Source: an uncultured delta proteobacterium (GTDB lineage Bacteria > Myxococcota > Myxococcia > SLRQ01). Taken from it: 64,000 bases of DNA. The notes under the pieces are model-generated. The model ran no database searches, was not told the DNA's origin, and saw only the letters and a program-made list of their open reading frames with translations. The first letter of the stretch is position 1. Each line of letters starts with the position of its first letter. Where the stretch lies: contig CAVSGM010000002.1 of NCBI GenBank assembly GCA_963727485.1, positions 416,001-480,000 on the forward strand, read 5' to 3'. Shown piece by piece: positions 22,279 to 31,500 of this stretch. A program made the translations under genes and the position numbers.

Positions 22279-22372
22279 TCAGACCCCCCTGACCCCGACC
22301 CGGCCCGCGGCGGTTTTCTTGATGGACTCCTACCCTCACCTACACTGGACCACGTCAGACCCCCTTGACCCC
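22279..22372. promoter_or_regulatory. pair of 18-bp direct repeats (TCAGACCCCC(C/T)TGACCCC) in the polymerase/RHH divergent intergenic region; candidate operators
   Basis: Copies at 22279-22296 and 22355-22372 are 17/18 identical; each contains a TCA..TGA dyad. Confidence 0.6.
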
Positions 22373-22394
22373 ACATCCCACGACAGGAGCCCAC

Positions 22395-22574
22395 ATGCGC
22401 GGCACCAAGAAGCGAAGCATCTACGTCCCCGCCGACATCCTCGAGGAGATCGAGCACGAGATGCAGCGGCAGGAGCGGACCATGTCCTGGCTGGTGCAGC
22501 AGGCCTGGCGCGTCGCCCGTCCCACGATCCAGAGCCTCCCCGGGGTCGAGGATCACTTCTCCGGCGTGGCCTGA
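22395..22574 (+). CDS. CdbA-family (TIGR04563-type) ribbon-helix-helix small protein, divergent paralogue
   Basis: KKRSIYVP...RQERTMSWLVQQAW aligns with the cdbA gene at 24754; AGGAG RBS. Confidence 0.85.
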   Translation: MRGTKKRSIYVPADILEEIEHEMQRQERTMSWLVQQAWRVARPTIQSLPGVEDHFSGVA

Positions 22575-22578
22575 TCCC

Positions 22579-22839
22579 ATGACCCGCCGCCTCCTCGCCG
22601 CCGCCGTCGTCGCCTGCGCCCTGGCCCTCCCCGGCCTGGCGCGCGCCGGCGGCGGCGCCGCCCCCCACGTCCTCCTCGGGGACTTCGCCCGAGGCCCCGC
22701 CCCGGCCTCGGTGGTCGACGCCCTGGCCGCCGACGAGGCCCGGCGCGACGCCAAGCGGCCCCACGTGCAGCCCACCGCCGCCGACCGGCTCCGCGCCGAG
22801 CGCCTCCTGGTCGAGGCCGCCCGCCTCGACCGCCGCTGA
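22579..22839 (+). CDS. small secreted hypothetical protein
   Basis: Signal peptide MTRRLLAAAVVACALALPGLARA; begins 4 nt after the RHH gene. Confidence 0.5.
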   Translation: MTRRLLAAAVVACALALPGLARAGGGAAPHVLLGDFARGPAPASVVDALAADEARRDAKRPHVQPTAADRLRAERLLVEAARLDRR

Positions 22840-22911
22840 GCCGGGCCACCGGCCCGCTCACCCCGCGCCCTGCCATACGGCACCCGACCGGACTGCCACC
22901 TGGCAGCCGGC

Positions 22912-24678
22912 CTAGGGCTGGCAGATCACCGGCCCGGTGTAGGCCCCGGTCGGCGTCCCCGCGGTGAACGCCGAGACGGTCACCGGGCTCACCCCCAGGT
23001 CCAACGTGGCCTGGTACCAGCCCCCGACGGCGCTCTTCTGGAAGGTCACCGTCTGCGTCGACACCACCGTCCCCCGGTGGTCGACCTCGAGGGTGGCGTC
23101 GAAGCTCGCCGGCTGGACCCCGTGGTCGGCGAAGTAGTTCACGCCGATGACGTAGTGCTCGCCGGGGACGATCTGCGCCTGGCCCATGCGGATGGTCTCC
23201 AGGCGCACGTCGGTGGTTCCCGGGCGGATGGACTGGCCCAGGTTGTCGAAGACCAGGAGCGGGTCGTCGGCGTGGATCCCGTCGGCGTTCAGCTTGCCGT
23301 CGCCGGTGGTGTCCGGGCCCCAGTCGAGGACCGGCACCCCCGGGCTCTTCGGAGCGCAGGTGTCCCAGTAGCAGTCCAGGGTCTGGCAGAAGCGCACGCC
23401 CCCTGGGGCGATGAGGTGGAGGTCGAGGTCCGCGTCCACGTGCCAGGCGAGCTGCACGGTGAGGTCGTCGGCGGGGACGGCGTTCACGGTCACCGCCGCC
23501 GGTGGCGAGGTGAGCCCCTGGGGGTCGGCCACGGTCAGGGCCACGGTGTAGGTGCCCACCGCGTCCACGTCGACGTAGGGCGGCGGGTCCCCGGAGCCCG
23601 GCGCCGGCCCGAAGGCGGGGTTGGCCACCGCGGCGCCCGAGAGGGCCGGCTCCCCGGTCAGCGACCAGGCGTAGGTGAGCGGATCGCCCTCGGGATCGCC
23701 GGAGCAGCTCGAGGTCGGGTGGGCGGTGAAGACCACCCGGTCGCCGGGGCCGGCCTGGGGGTTCGCCGGGTCGGCGGGCGTCGCCACGCTCCCGTCGCCG
23801 TGGACGATCTGGACCGCCGCGGCGCAGGCCGTGGGGGCCTGGTTCGGGGCCACCGTGGCCGAGAGGTCGACGCAGGCGGTGGGCTGGTCCGGGTCGTTGG
23901 AGGCGATCTCGAGCTTCCCGGTGACCGCGCCGGTGCCCGCGGCCGGGGCCGCGAAGGCCAGCGGCAGATCCACCCCGCCCCCGACGACGATCTTCGTGCC
24001 GGTGAGGTCCTTGCCCGCCGAGAACCCGGCGGCGGTGGTGCCGGGGGCCGGGGTCACCGCGTCGACGGTGAGCTTCGCCTGTCCGACGTTGCGCACCAGG
24101 ATGCCCGCGGTGGCGCTCCCCCCCGGGGCCACGTGGCCGAAGTCCACGGCGAGACACTGGCCCGGGGCGGCGCAGTCCGGGGTGGTCTGGCCGGCGGCCA
24201 GCGGGTGGCACAGGGCGATGTGCGCCGCCTTGCCGGTGCCGGTGAGGGGGATCGAGAGGTCCCCGGCGGTGGCGGTGCTGTGGATCACCAGGGTCGCCGC
24301 CGCGTCCCCGACGGCGCTGGGGTCGAAGCCCACCTCGAGGGTCACCGAGGCCGCCGGGCCCAGGGCCGCCTTGGCCGGGAGCGCCGGGGCCACGAAGGCG
24401 CCCTTCCCCGCCCCCGTGAGCTCGAAGCCCTTGAGGGTGACGCCGCCGGTCCCGGTGACCTTCAGCCCCAGGGTCTTGCGCGTGGTCTCACCCACCGGGG
24501 CGTCGCCGAAGGCCAGGGCCGAGGGCGTCGCCTGGAGGACGTAGGTGAGCTTCGACACCGTCGGGCCGCTGCAGCCGGCCGAGCTGCCCAGGAGGGCGGC
24601 GCCGAGGATCCCCGCCCCGAGGAGGGCCAGGACGCCGGACCGCGCCGCCGGGGGGTGGTATCGTACCTTTCGCGCCAA
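22912..24678 (-). CDS. surface lipoprotein with tandem Ig-like (choice-of-anchor D/ASPM) domains, a PKD-like domain and a DLDLH (YfaP-like) domain; start uncertain
   Basis: Lipobox SAGC; two LAFG/VDFG...SNDPD Ig repeats; SGDPEGDPLTYAWSL; LAWHVDADLDLHL. Confidence 0.7.
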   Translation of the reverse strand: MARKVRYHPPAARSGVLALLGAGILGAALLGSSAGCSGPTVSKLTYVLQATPSALAFGDAPVGETTRKTLGLKVTGTGGVTLKGFELTGAGKGAFVAPALPAKAALGPAASVTLEVGFDPSAVGDAAATLVIHSTATAGDLSIPLTGTGKAAHIALCHPLAAGQTTPDCAAPGQCLAVDFGHVAPGGSATAGILVRNVGQAKLTVDAVTPAPGTTAAGFSAGKDLTGTKIVVGGGVDLPLAFAAPAAGTGAVTGKLEIASNDPDQPTACVDLSATVAPNQAPTACAAAVQIVHGDGSVATPADPANPQAGPGDRVVFTAHPTSSCSGDPEGDPLTYAWSLTGEPALSGAAVANPAFGPAPGSGDPPPYVDVDAVGTYTVALTVADPQGLTSPPAAVTVNAVPADDLTVQLAWHVDADLDLHLIAPGGVRFCQTLDCYWDTCAPKSPGVPVLDWGPDTTGDGKLNADGIHADDPLLVFDNLGQSIRPGTTDVRLETIRMGQAQIVPGEHYVIGVNYFADHGVQPASFDATLEVDHRGTVVSTQTVTFQKSAVGGWYQATLDLGVSPVTVSAFTAGTPTGAYTGPVICQP

Positions 24679-24689
24679 GGGAGGCAATC

Positions 24690-24719
24690 TTGACACAAAC
24701 GCAGCCGGTGTCGTACCTC
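24690..24719 (+). promoter_or_regulatory. putative cdbA promoter (perfect TTGACA -35, weak -10)
   Basis: TTGACA at 24690-24695, about 60 nt upstream of the ATG; GGGAG RBS follows. Confidence 0.4.
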
Positions 24720-24753
24720 CCTTCGGGGCGCATCCACTGCCCTGGGAGACCCA

Positions 24754-24960
24754 ATGGCCGGCACCGACAAGCGAAAGCAGAGCCTTTACTTCCCCGAGGA
24801 CATGCTCAAGGAGATCCAGGAGGAGGCGGCCCGGCAGGACAGGTCCCTCTCGTGGGTCGTCCAGCAGGCGTGGCGCCTCGCCCGTGGCGAGATCACGAAG
24901 TTCCCCTCGGTGAACGACGTCATCGGCGGCAGCGACGACATCCGCGGCCGGGACGAGTAG
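24754..24960 (+). CDS. cdbA: c-di-GMP- and DNA-binding ribbon-helix-helix nucleoid-associated protein CdbA
   Basis: MAGTDKRKQSLYFPEDMLKEIQEEAARQDRSLSWVVQQAW, recognised from memory as nearly identical to Myxococcus CdbA. Confidence 0.85.
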   Translation: MAGTDKRKQSLYFPEDMLKEIQEEAARQDRSLSWVVQQAWRLARGEITKFPSVNDVIGGSDDIRGRDE

Positions 24961-25011
24961 ACGCCCCGGCCGCACCGGCCTCCGGGCCGGCCCCCCGCCG
25001 ACGCCCCGGGA

Positions 25012-25863
25012 TCACTGGCAGTTGACCAGCTTGATCCGGTCGCCGACCTTCGGCGCCACGTAGGGCTGCGCGGCGGACGACTTCAGCTTCAGGTAGTCCT
25101 CGGCCACCTGCCAGCTGAACTCCCCCAGGCTGCTCTGGCCGATGAGCCCGGCGAGGGTGGCGTAGTCGTCGTTGCCCTGGGGCTGGATGAGGAAGTCGTT
25201 GGTGGCCAGGCGGTAGGGGGTCGTGGTGTCGGTGCGGGAGACGGCGTTCCCGCCGAGCATCACGTCCGAGACCCGGCTGCCCGCCTGGGTGATCTGGCCG
25301 CCGGAGACCTGCTGGGCGGTCTGGCTGCAGTCCACGGTGAACGAGAGCCCGGCGGAGACCTGGAGGAAGAAGCCCCGGGCCGGATCCTTGGGGTCCTTGA
25401 GGGCCGACACCGAGTGCTCGAGGACCTGGTAGAGCTGCTGTCCGTCGAGCTCGACCACCACCACCCGGTTGGTGAAGGGGTAGACCTCCCGGAGATCGAC
25501 CCGGCGGATGGGCGGCGGGTTGTCCTTGGCCCCGGGGAGGCTCGAGACGCTGCTGCAGAAGCCCTCGTCGCGGATGCCCCCGGCGTTCTCGAAGGCGGCG
25601 TCCACCGGCGGCACCCCGGCCCGGTAGCTGGGGTTCGCCGGGTCGTTGAAGGCGTCGGCGTCGGCGTCGGCGATGAGGTCGCCGAACGCCGTCTCCCGGG
25701 TGCGGACGTCCTCGCGCTTCACGGTCATCGGCTGGGCGAGGTAGCCGATGATCTGCTCGGGATCGACGAGGTCGGCCGGGGCCGAGCAGTCCTGGTTGTA
25801 GGCGAGGCAGCCCCCGAGGAGGACCGCCGCGGTGCCGAGACCGAGGAGGAGCGCGCGTTGCAT
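25012..25863 (-). CDS. lipoprotein consisting only of a 5'-nucleotidase C-terminal (substrate-binding) domain
   Basis: Lipobox LLGGC; VRTRETAFGDLIADA, NAGGIR, YPFTN, FLQVS, YRLATNDFL. Confidence 0.85.
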   Translation of the reverse strand: MQRALLLGLGTAAVLLGGCLAYNQDCSAPADLVDPEQIIGYLAQPMTVKREDVRTRETAFGDLIADADADAFNDPANPSYRAGVPPVDAAFENAGGIRDEGFCSSVSSLPGAKDNPPPIRRVDLREVYPFTNRVVVVELDGQQLYQVLEHSVSALKDPKDPARGFFLQVSAGLSFTVDCSQTAQQVSGGQITQAGSRVSDVMLGGNAVSRTDTTTPYRLATNDFLIQPQGNDDYATLAGLIGQSSLGEFSWQVAEDYLKLKSSAAQPYVAPKVGDRIKLVNCQ

Positions 25864-25871
25864 GGCTGGCC

Positions 25872-28391
25872 TCACCACCGGGCCCTCGCGGTGAACCGGG
25901 CGGAGAGGCCCGGCCCCGGGAGCAACCCGGTGATCCGGTCCGGCCGGGGCACGGCGTCGAGGTAGGTGCTGTCGAGGAGGTTTTCCAGGGTGAGGGCGAA
26001 GGTGAAGTGCCGGGCCACCGGCCGGGTGATGAGGGTGGCGTCGAGGAGGGCGTAGGCGGGGATGGAGAAGCGCCGGAGGGCCTCGAGCTGGCTGCGGGCG
26101 TCGTTGCGCCGCTCGGCGCCGAAGGTGGCCCCGAGGTGGAGATCGAACATGCCCGAGAGGGCGAGCTGGGCCTCGAGGATGAACCGGAGCTGGGGCACGT
26201 CGGTGAGCAGGTCCTTCCCCGGGGGCGCCTGGGTGTCGAGGCCCCGGAACCAGGCCATGGCCGCGGAGATCCGGTCCCGGGGCGAGAGGTCGATTCGCCC
26301 CTTGCCCTCGACGCCGAAGACCCGGGTCTCGGCCCGGTTGGTCAGGGGCGTGACGTTCCCGGTGAGGTCGATGGCCTCGATCCGCCCCTGGAACTGGTTG
26401 AAGAAGCCGTTGACCTCGAGGTGAACGCGGTGGTGCTCGAAGCCGTCGAAGGTGTGCTCGGCGGCGACCTCGACGGTGCGGGTGTGGACCGGCTGGAGCG
26501 TCGAGCTCCCCACGAAGCGCCCCCGGGAGTACCCGCCCTGGACCACCACGCTGGTCAGCTCCTCGAAGGTGGGCACCCGGAAGGCGGTGCCGTAGAGGAC
26601 CTTGAGGCTCCAGGCGCTGGTGGGCTGCCACACCAGGGCCAGGCGGGGGTCGAGGGCGAAGGCGGTGCCCGCGGTGCCCACCTTGGCCGCCGGGTCGTCG
26701 CGCCCCACCCCGCCGGAGAAGAGGTCGCCCCGGAGGCCGGCGGTGAGCTCGAGGCCCGGGACCAGGACCCAGGCGTCCTGGAGGAAGACGCCGAGGGCGA
26801 GGCGCTGGGTGAGGCCCGGGTCGTCCGCCGGGAACACGACCCCGGCGGGGACGGTGGTCTTCGCCAGGGGATCCCCGGTGGACGGGTCGAAGTTGACCCC
26901 GTAGCTGAAGAAGTTCAGGGCCTGCACCGAGAGCTCGGCGCCAGTGGTGAGGCGGTTGCCGGCGAAGAGGGGGAAGCGCCCGAGGACGCTGCCGCCGACC
27001 TGCCGGGTGCCGGTGCGGGTGCGCTCCAGGACGCCCTGGGGGAAGGCCTGGCCCGCGGCGGTGGTGAAGGGCGCCGGGGAGAGCTGGAAGAGGCGGTCGG
27101 TGCGCTGGTAGTCGCCGGAGAGGCGGAAGACGACCTCGCCGGAGCCCGCCGGGAGGGTGTAGGCCACATCGCCCAGGCCCATCAGCCAGGTGAGGTGCGA
27201 GGCCGGGCCCAGGGTGTCGAAGGCGCCGATGAGCGCCGCCCGATCCTGCCAGAACCCCCGGAGCGACCAGGTGAGCAGCCCCGGGCCCACCGGGTGCCGG
27301 CCCCGGAGGCCCGCGTCGGCGAGGAGGTGGCGGTCGTCGGTGCGCCCGATGGGGGCGGTGTTGGTGGCGTGGTAGGCGTCGTGGAGGACCGGCTGGCTGT
27401 ACCCCTGGCCCCCCTGGACGTCGGCGTCGGCGCGGATGAGGCCGCCGCGGCCCACCCGGACGCCCCACCCCAGGTGGCCGCCGTCCACCCCGAAGGTGTC
27501 GAGGTCCTCGGCGAGCTGGACCCCGAGCCGGGACGAGGGGATGACGTTGATCACCGCCAGGAAGGCGCCGCCGCCGTAGAGGGCCGCGCCGGGGCCGCGG
27601 ATGATCTCGACCCGGGCGAGGTTCTCGACGGGGAGCTCGTAGAGGTTCCGGCCGTCGTAGAGGTTGGAGAGGCGGTGGCCGTCGTAGAGGAGCAGGACCT
27701 CCGGGTCGCTGCGGATGCCCCGGACCGCCAGGCGCCAGAAGCCCTGGACGTCCCGGGAGGTCTCGAGGCCGGGGATGGTCTTGAGGACGTCGACCAGGGT
27801 CCGGGCGCCCATCTCCTGCATCTGGCGCCCGGTGATCACCGAGACCACCGCCGGCGCCCGGTCCACGGACTGGGAGGTCAGGGTCGCGAGGCGGGTGGCG
27901 GCGACCGGGGCGAAGGTGGGGACCGGGATCGCCGCCCGGGTCGCCGCGGCGCCCGCCTTGGCCTTCGGCGGCGCCCTGGAGGCCCTCGGGGGCCGGGCCC
28001 GGGCGAGGTTCCCGGTGACCACCCGCACCCGCTGGGGCTGGGTCCGGGAGGCGAAGATCGCCTGGGCCGGGCCGTCGTCGTGGATCCAGACGACGTAGTA
28101 CTCCACCGCCGGCGGGCGGACCTGGGCGGCGGGGATCACCGCCTGGTAGGTGTCCCCGTAGACCGGCTTCACGGGGACCGCGCGCCAGACGGGATCGCCC
28201 GGGTGGCGGTAGCGGACCTCCACCCGGTCCCCGGGGCCGGCGCCCACGAGGCTGCCCCCGAGGACGAGATCGGCGTCGGCGTGCTGCACGTCCGGCGGAG
28301 TGTGGAGAAACGCCACCCAACCCTGGGCGAGGACCGGACTCCCCAGCCAGGCCGTGACCGCGACCGCCATGGCGAGGAAGCGTACGCGCAT
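25872..28391 (-). CDS. TonB-dependent receptor with an extra N-terminal domain
   Basis: Signal peptide; plug motifs APAVVSVIT, LKTIPG and RVEIIRGPGAALYG; LYGTAFRVP; ENLLD; C-terminal aromatic residue (W). Confidence 0.9.
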   Translation of the reverse strand: MRVRFLAMAVAVTAWLGSPVLAQGWVAFLHTPPDVQHADADLVLGGSLVGAGPGDRVEVRYRHPGDPVWRAVPVKPVYGDTYQAVIPAAQVRPPAVEYYVVWIHDDGPAQAIFASRTQPQRVRVVTGNLARARPPRASRAPPKAKAGAAATRAAIPVPTFAPVAATRLATLTSQSVDRAPAVVSVITGRQMQEMGARTLVDVLKTIPGLETSRDVQGFWRLAVRGIRSDPEVLLLYDGHRLSNLYDGRNLYELPVENLARVEIIRGPGAALYGGGAFLAVINVIPSSRLGVQLAEDLDTFGVDGGHLGWGVRVGRGGLIRADADVQGGQGYSQPVLHDAYHATNTAPIGRTDDRHLLADAGLRGRHPVGPGLLTWSLRGFWQDRAALIGAFDTLGPASHLTWLMGLGDVAYTLPAGSGEVVFRLSGDYQRTDRLFQLSPAPFTTAAGQAFPQGVLERTRTGTRQVGGSVLGRFPLFAGNRLTTGAELSVQALNFFSYGVNFDPSTGDPLAKTTVPAGVVFPADDPGLTQRLALGVFLQDAWVLVPGLELTAGLRGDLFSGGVGRDDPAAKVGTAGTAFALDPRLALVWQPTSAWSLKVLYGTAFRVPTFEELTSVVVQGGYSRGRFVGSSTLQPVHTRTVEVAAEHTFDGFEHHRVHLEVNGFFNQFQGRIEAIDLTGNVTPLTNRAETRVFGVEGKGRIDLSPRDRISAAMAWFRGLDTQAPPGKDLLTDVPQLRFILEAQLALSGMFDLHLGATFGAERRNDARSQLEALRRFSIPAYALLDATLITRPVARHFTFALTLENLLDSTYLDAVPRPDRITGLLPGPGLSARFTARARW

Positions 28392-28527
28392 CGCTGGGCG
28401 ATGTTCCCCGGGCGTGGGGCAGCGTGTCAACTCGGGCGCGTACGGGGCGGCCCCCCGGGGCGGGCTTTGACGCCAGGCGCCCGACCCGGGTACAAAATTT
28501 CCAGGCACCCGTCCCCCGGAGACCGCG

Positions 28528-31500
28528 TTGACCGACCCCCAGGCCCGGCTCGACGAGCTGGCGCAACAGGTCGCCGCCGACCCCGGCGGCCCCCGATATC
28601 CGGCGCTCGCAGATGCGCTCATCGGCCTCGGTCGCTACGACGAGGCGGTGGGGGTGTGTCAGCTCGGCCTCGCCAACACGCCCCGGGACGACGGGTACCG
28701 GAGCCTCGCCGAGGCCCTGCTCCTCTTGAACCGGGCCGACGAGGCCTTCGACGCCGTGGAGCAGGCCCTGGCCGGGGCCCACGAGGACCCGCGCTCCCTG
28801 CGCCTCCTCGGGGCCTGCCACCTGGCCATGGGGCGGCCCGATCTCGCCCAGCCGGTCCTCGAGCGATTGGCGCGCCTCGATCCCTCGGACATGGTCACCC
28901 TCGACCTGCTCACCCGGACGGCGATCCAGGCGTCCGGGGCCGGCGCCCTCGCCCCGGAGGCGGCCGGTGCGGCGCCGCCCGCCGACGCCGCGGCCCCCTG
29001 GGACCCCGGCGACGGGGACCAGGCCTGGAGCTTCCAGGGGACCGACGTCCTGGTCGACGGCTCCGAGGCCGCCCCCGGGGAGCTCTCCCTCGACCTCGGC
29101 GGGCCCCCGACCGCGGGCGCCCAGGATCCCGGCGGCGCCGACGACCTCGAGCCCCTCGAGCTCGATCTCGGCGGGGCGCCCGAGGCCGGTGTCCCCGGCG
29201 CGGACCCGCCCGGCGACCCGTTCCTCGGCTTCGGCCAGGGCCCCGACCTGGGCGGCCCGGCCCCGGGCTTCGATCCGGCCCCAGGGCCACCGTCGGCGTC
29301 CCGTCCCGCCGCGCCGTCGGCGTCCCGTCCCGCCGCGCCGTCGTCCTGGCCGGCCCCGCCGCAGGCCCCTCCCGCCGCGCCGTCCTCCCGTCCGGTCCCG
29401 CCCTCTGCCCGTCCGGTCCCGACGGGCCCCCGCCCCCCGGCCCCGACGCCGGTCGATGCCGCCCGGAAGCGCCAGCTCCTCATCGCCGGCGCCGCCGGCG
29501 CCGGCGTCCTGCTCCTGGTCATCGCCGGCTTCGCCATCCGCGGCGCCCTCCACCACCGGCACCTCTCGGCGGCCCTGGCCACGGCCACCGCCGCCTACCA
29601 GCACCACGACTACGCCGGCTACCGGAACGCCCAGCACGCCCTGAACCGGGCCCTGGCCCTCGACCCCATGAACCCGAAGGCCCTGGGCCTCGACGCCTTC
29701 GTCTCCGCCCGGCTCTTCGCCGACTTCGCCGGGGGGACCGAGGACCTGGTCCGGGCCCAGGAGCGCCTCACCGACGCCGAGCGCCTGCCCCAGGAGCCCC
29801 CCAGGGCCCTCGCCGCCCGGGCCCTCCTCGACCTCCACGCCGGGCGCCCCGGGGACGTGGTCCTCGCCACCGGCAAGGGCCTCGCCCACGACCCCGGGAG
29901 CCTCGAGCTCCAGTGGATCCAGGCCCGGGCCGAGTACGAGCTCGAGCGCCCGGACCTGGCCCTCTCGAGCCTCGCCGCCCTCGCCAAGGGCGGCTTCCTC
30001 CCGGCGGCGACGAGCCTCGCCGCCCTCCAGGTGCGCCGGCACCACCCGGGCAAGGCCGCCGCCACCCTCGCCGCGGTCCTCGACACCCACCCGGCCTACG
30101 TCCCCGCCCTCACCGCCTACCTCGCCGCCGCCGTCTCCGGCCACGCCAAGGCCGACGCCGCCCTCGCCGCCGTGGAGAAGCTCGGCGGCAAGCTCGCCCA
30201 GGTGGCCTCCCCGGACGAGCAGTGCCGCATCCACCTCGCCCAGGCCCGCCTCGCGGTGCGCGCCGGCCGCCCCGCCGACGCCGCCGCCGCCGAGGACGCC
30301 GCCCGGTCGGTGGAGGCCGCCCCCGACTGCCTCGCCGACCTCGGCCGGGAGCTCGCCTGGCGCGGACGTCCCCGGGCCGCCGCCGAGGTCCTGGCCACCG
30401 CCGCCGACGCCCTCGACGCCGACGCCCCCGAGCGCGCCGCCCGCCTCCGCCTCGCCGCCGTCGCCGCGGCCCTCGACGCCGGCCAGTCGGCCCGGGCCCA
30501 GGAGATCCTCGCCAAGGCGCCCCCCGACGCCGACGCCAAGGTCCTCACCGCCCGGGCCCAGCTCGCCGACGGCCACGCCGACCTCGCCGCCCGGACCCTG
30601 GCCCCCCTGCTCCGCCACCGGCGCCCGCCCCTCGCCGCCCTCGCCGTGGGCACCGACGTGGCCCTGGCCCGGGGCGACGCCGCCACCGCGCGCCGGGACG
30701 CCGCTCGGGCCCGGCGCCTCGCCCGCCGCGACCGCGCCGACGGCGCCCGGGCCCTCCTCGCCGTGGGCCAGGCCCGGTCCGCCGCCGCCCTCGCCTCCCG
30801 GGCCCTCGCCCGCGACCGGGCTCCCGGCTACGGCCTCCTCACCCTCGCCGGCCGGGCCGAGGTCGCCGCCGGGCACCTCGACCGGGGCCTCGGCGACCTC
30901 GAGCGGGCCCTGACCATGAACCCGGCGGCGCCGGGGGCGGTGGACGCCTACCTCGCCCTGGCGCCCCCGGACCGGGCCCGGACCTTCCTGGGCAAGCTCC
31001 CGGCCCCCGACGGCCCGGCCCTGGCGGCCCTCGCCGACCTCGACGCCGGGGACGCCGCCGCCGCCAAGGCCGACCTCCAGGGTGCCAAGGGCGCCGACAC
31101 GCCTCGGGTGGCGGTGGCCCGGGCACGCCTCGACGCCGCCCACGGCGAGGCGGGGGTCCTGGGACGCCTGGAGAAGCTCAAGGACGCCCACCCGGCGGAT
31201 CTCGACGCCCTCGTCGCCTTCGCCGACGCCGCCCTCGCCGGGGGCCGGATTGGCGACGCCGCCGACGCCTACCAGAAGGCCCTCCACCGGGACCCGGGCC
31301 TCATCCGCCCCCGGGTGGGCCTGGCGGTGGCCCAGGTCCTCGGCGCCGCCTCCGACGCCGGCGCCGCCGCGAGCGCCACCCGGGACGCCGAGACCTGGGT
31401 GGGCCGTCACGGGGTCTCGGGCCCCCTGGCCGGCCGGGTCCACGCCGCCCGGGCCCTGGCCTGCGCCACCATCTCCGACGGCCGCTGCACCCGCCGGGCC

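Noticed and set aside
22840..22911. Three small hairpins between convergent genes
   Set aside because: The 4-6 bp GC stems lack U-tracts and are expected by chance at this GC content; at most a weak terminator.
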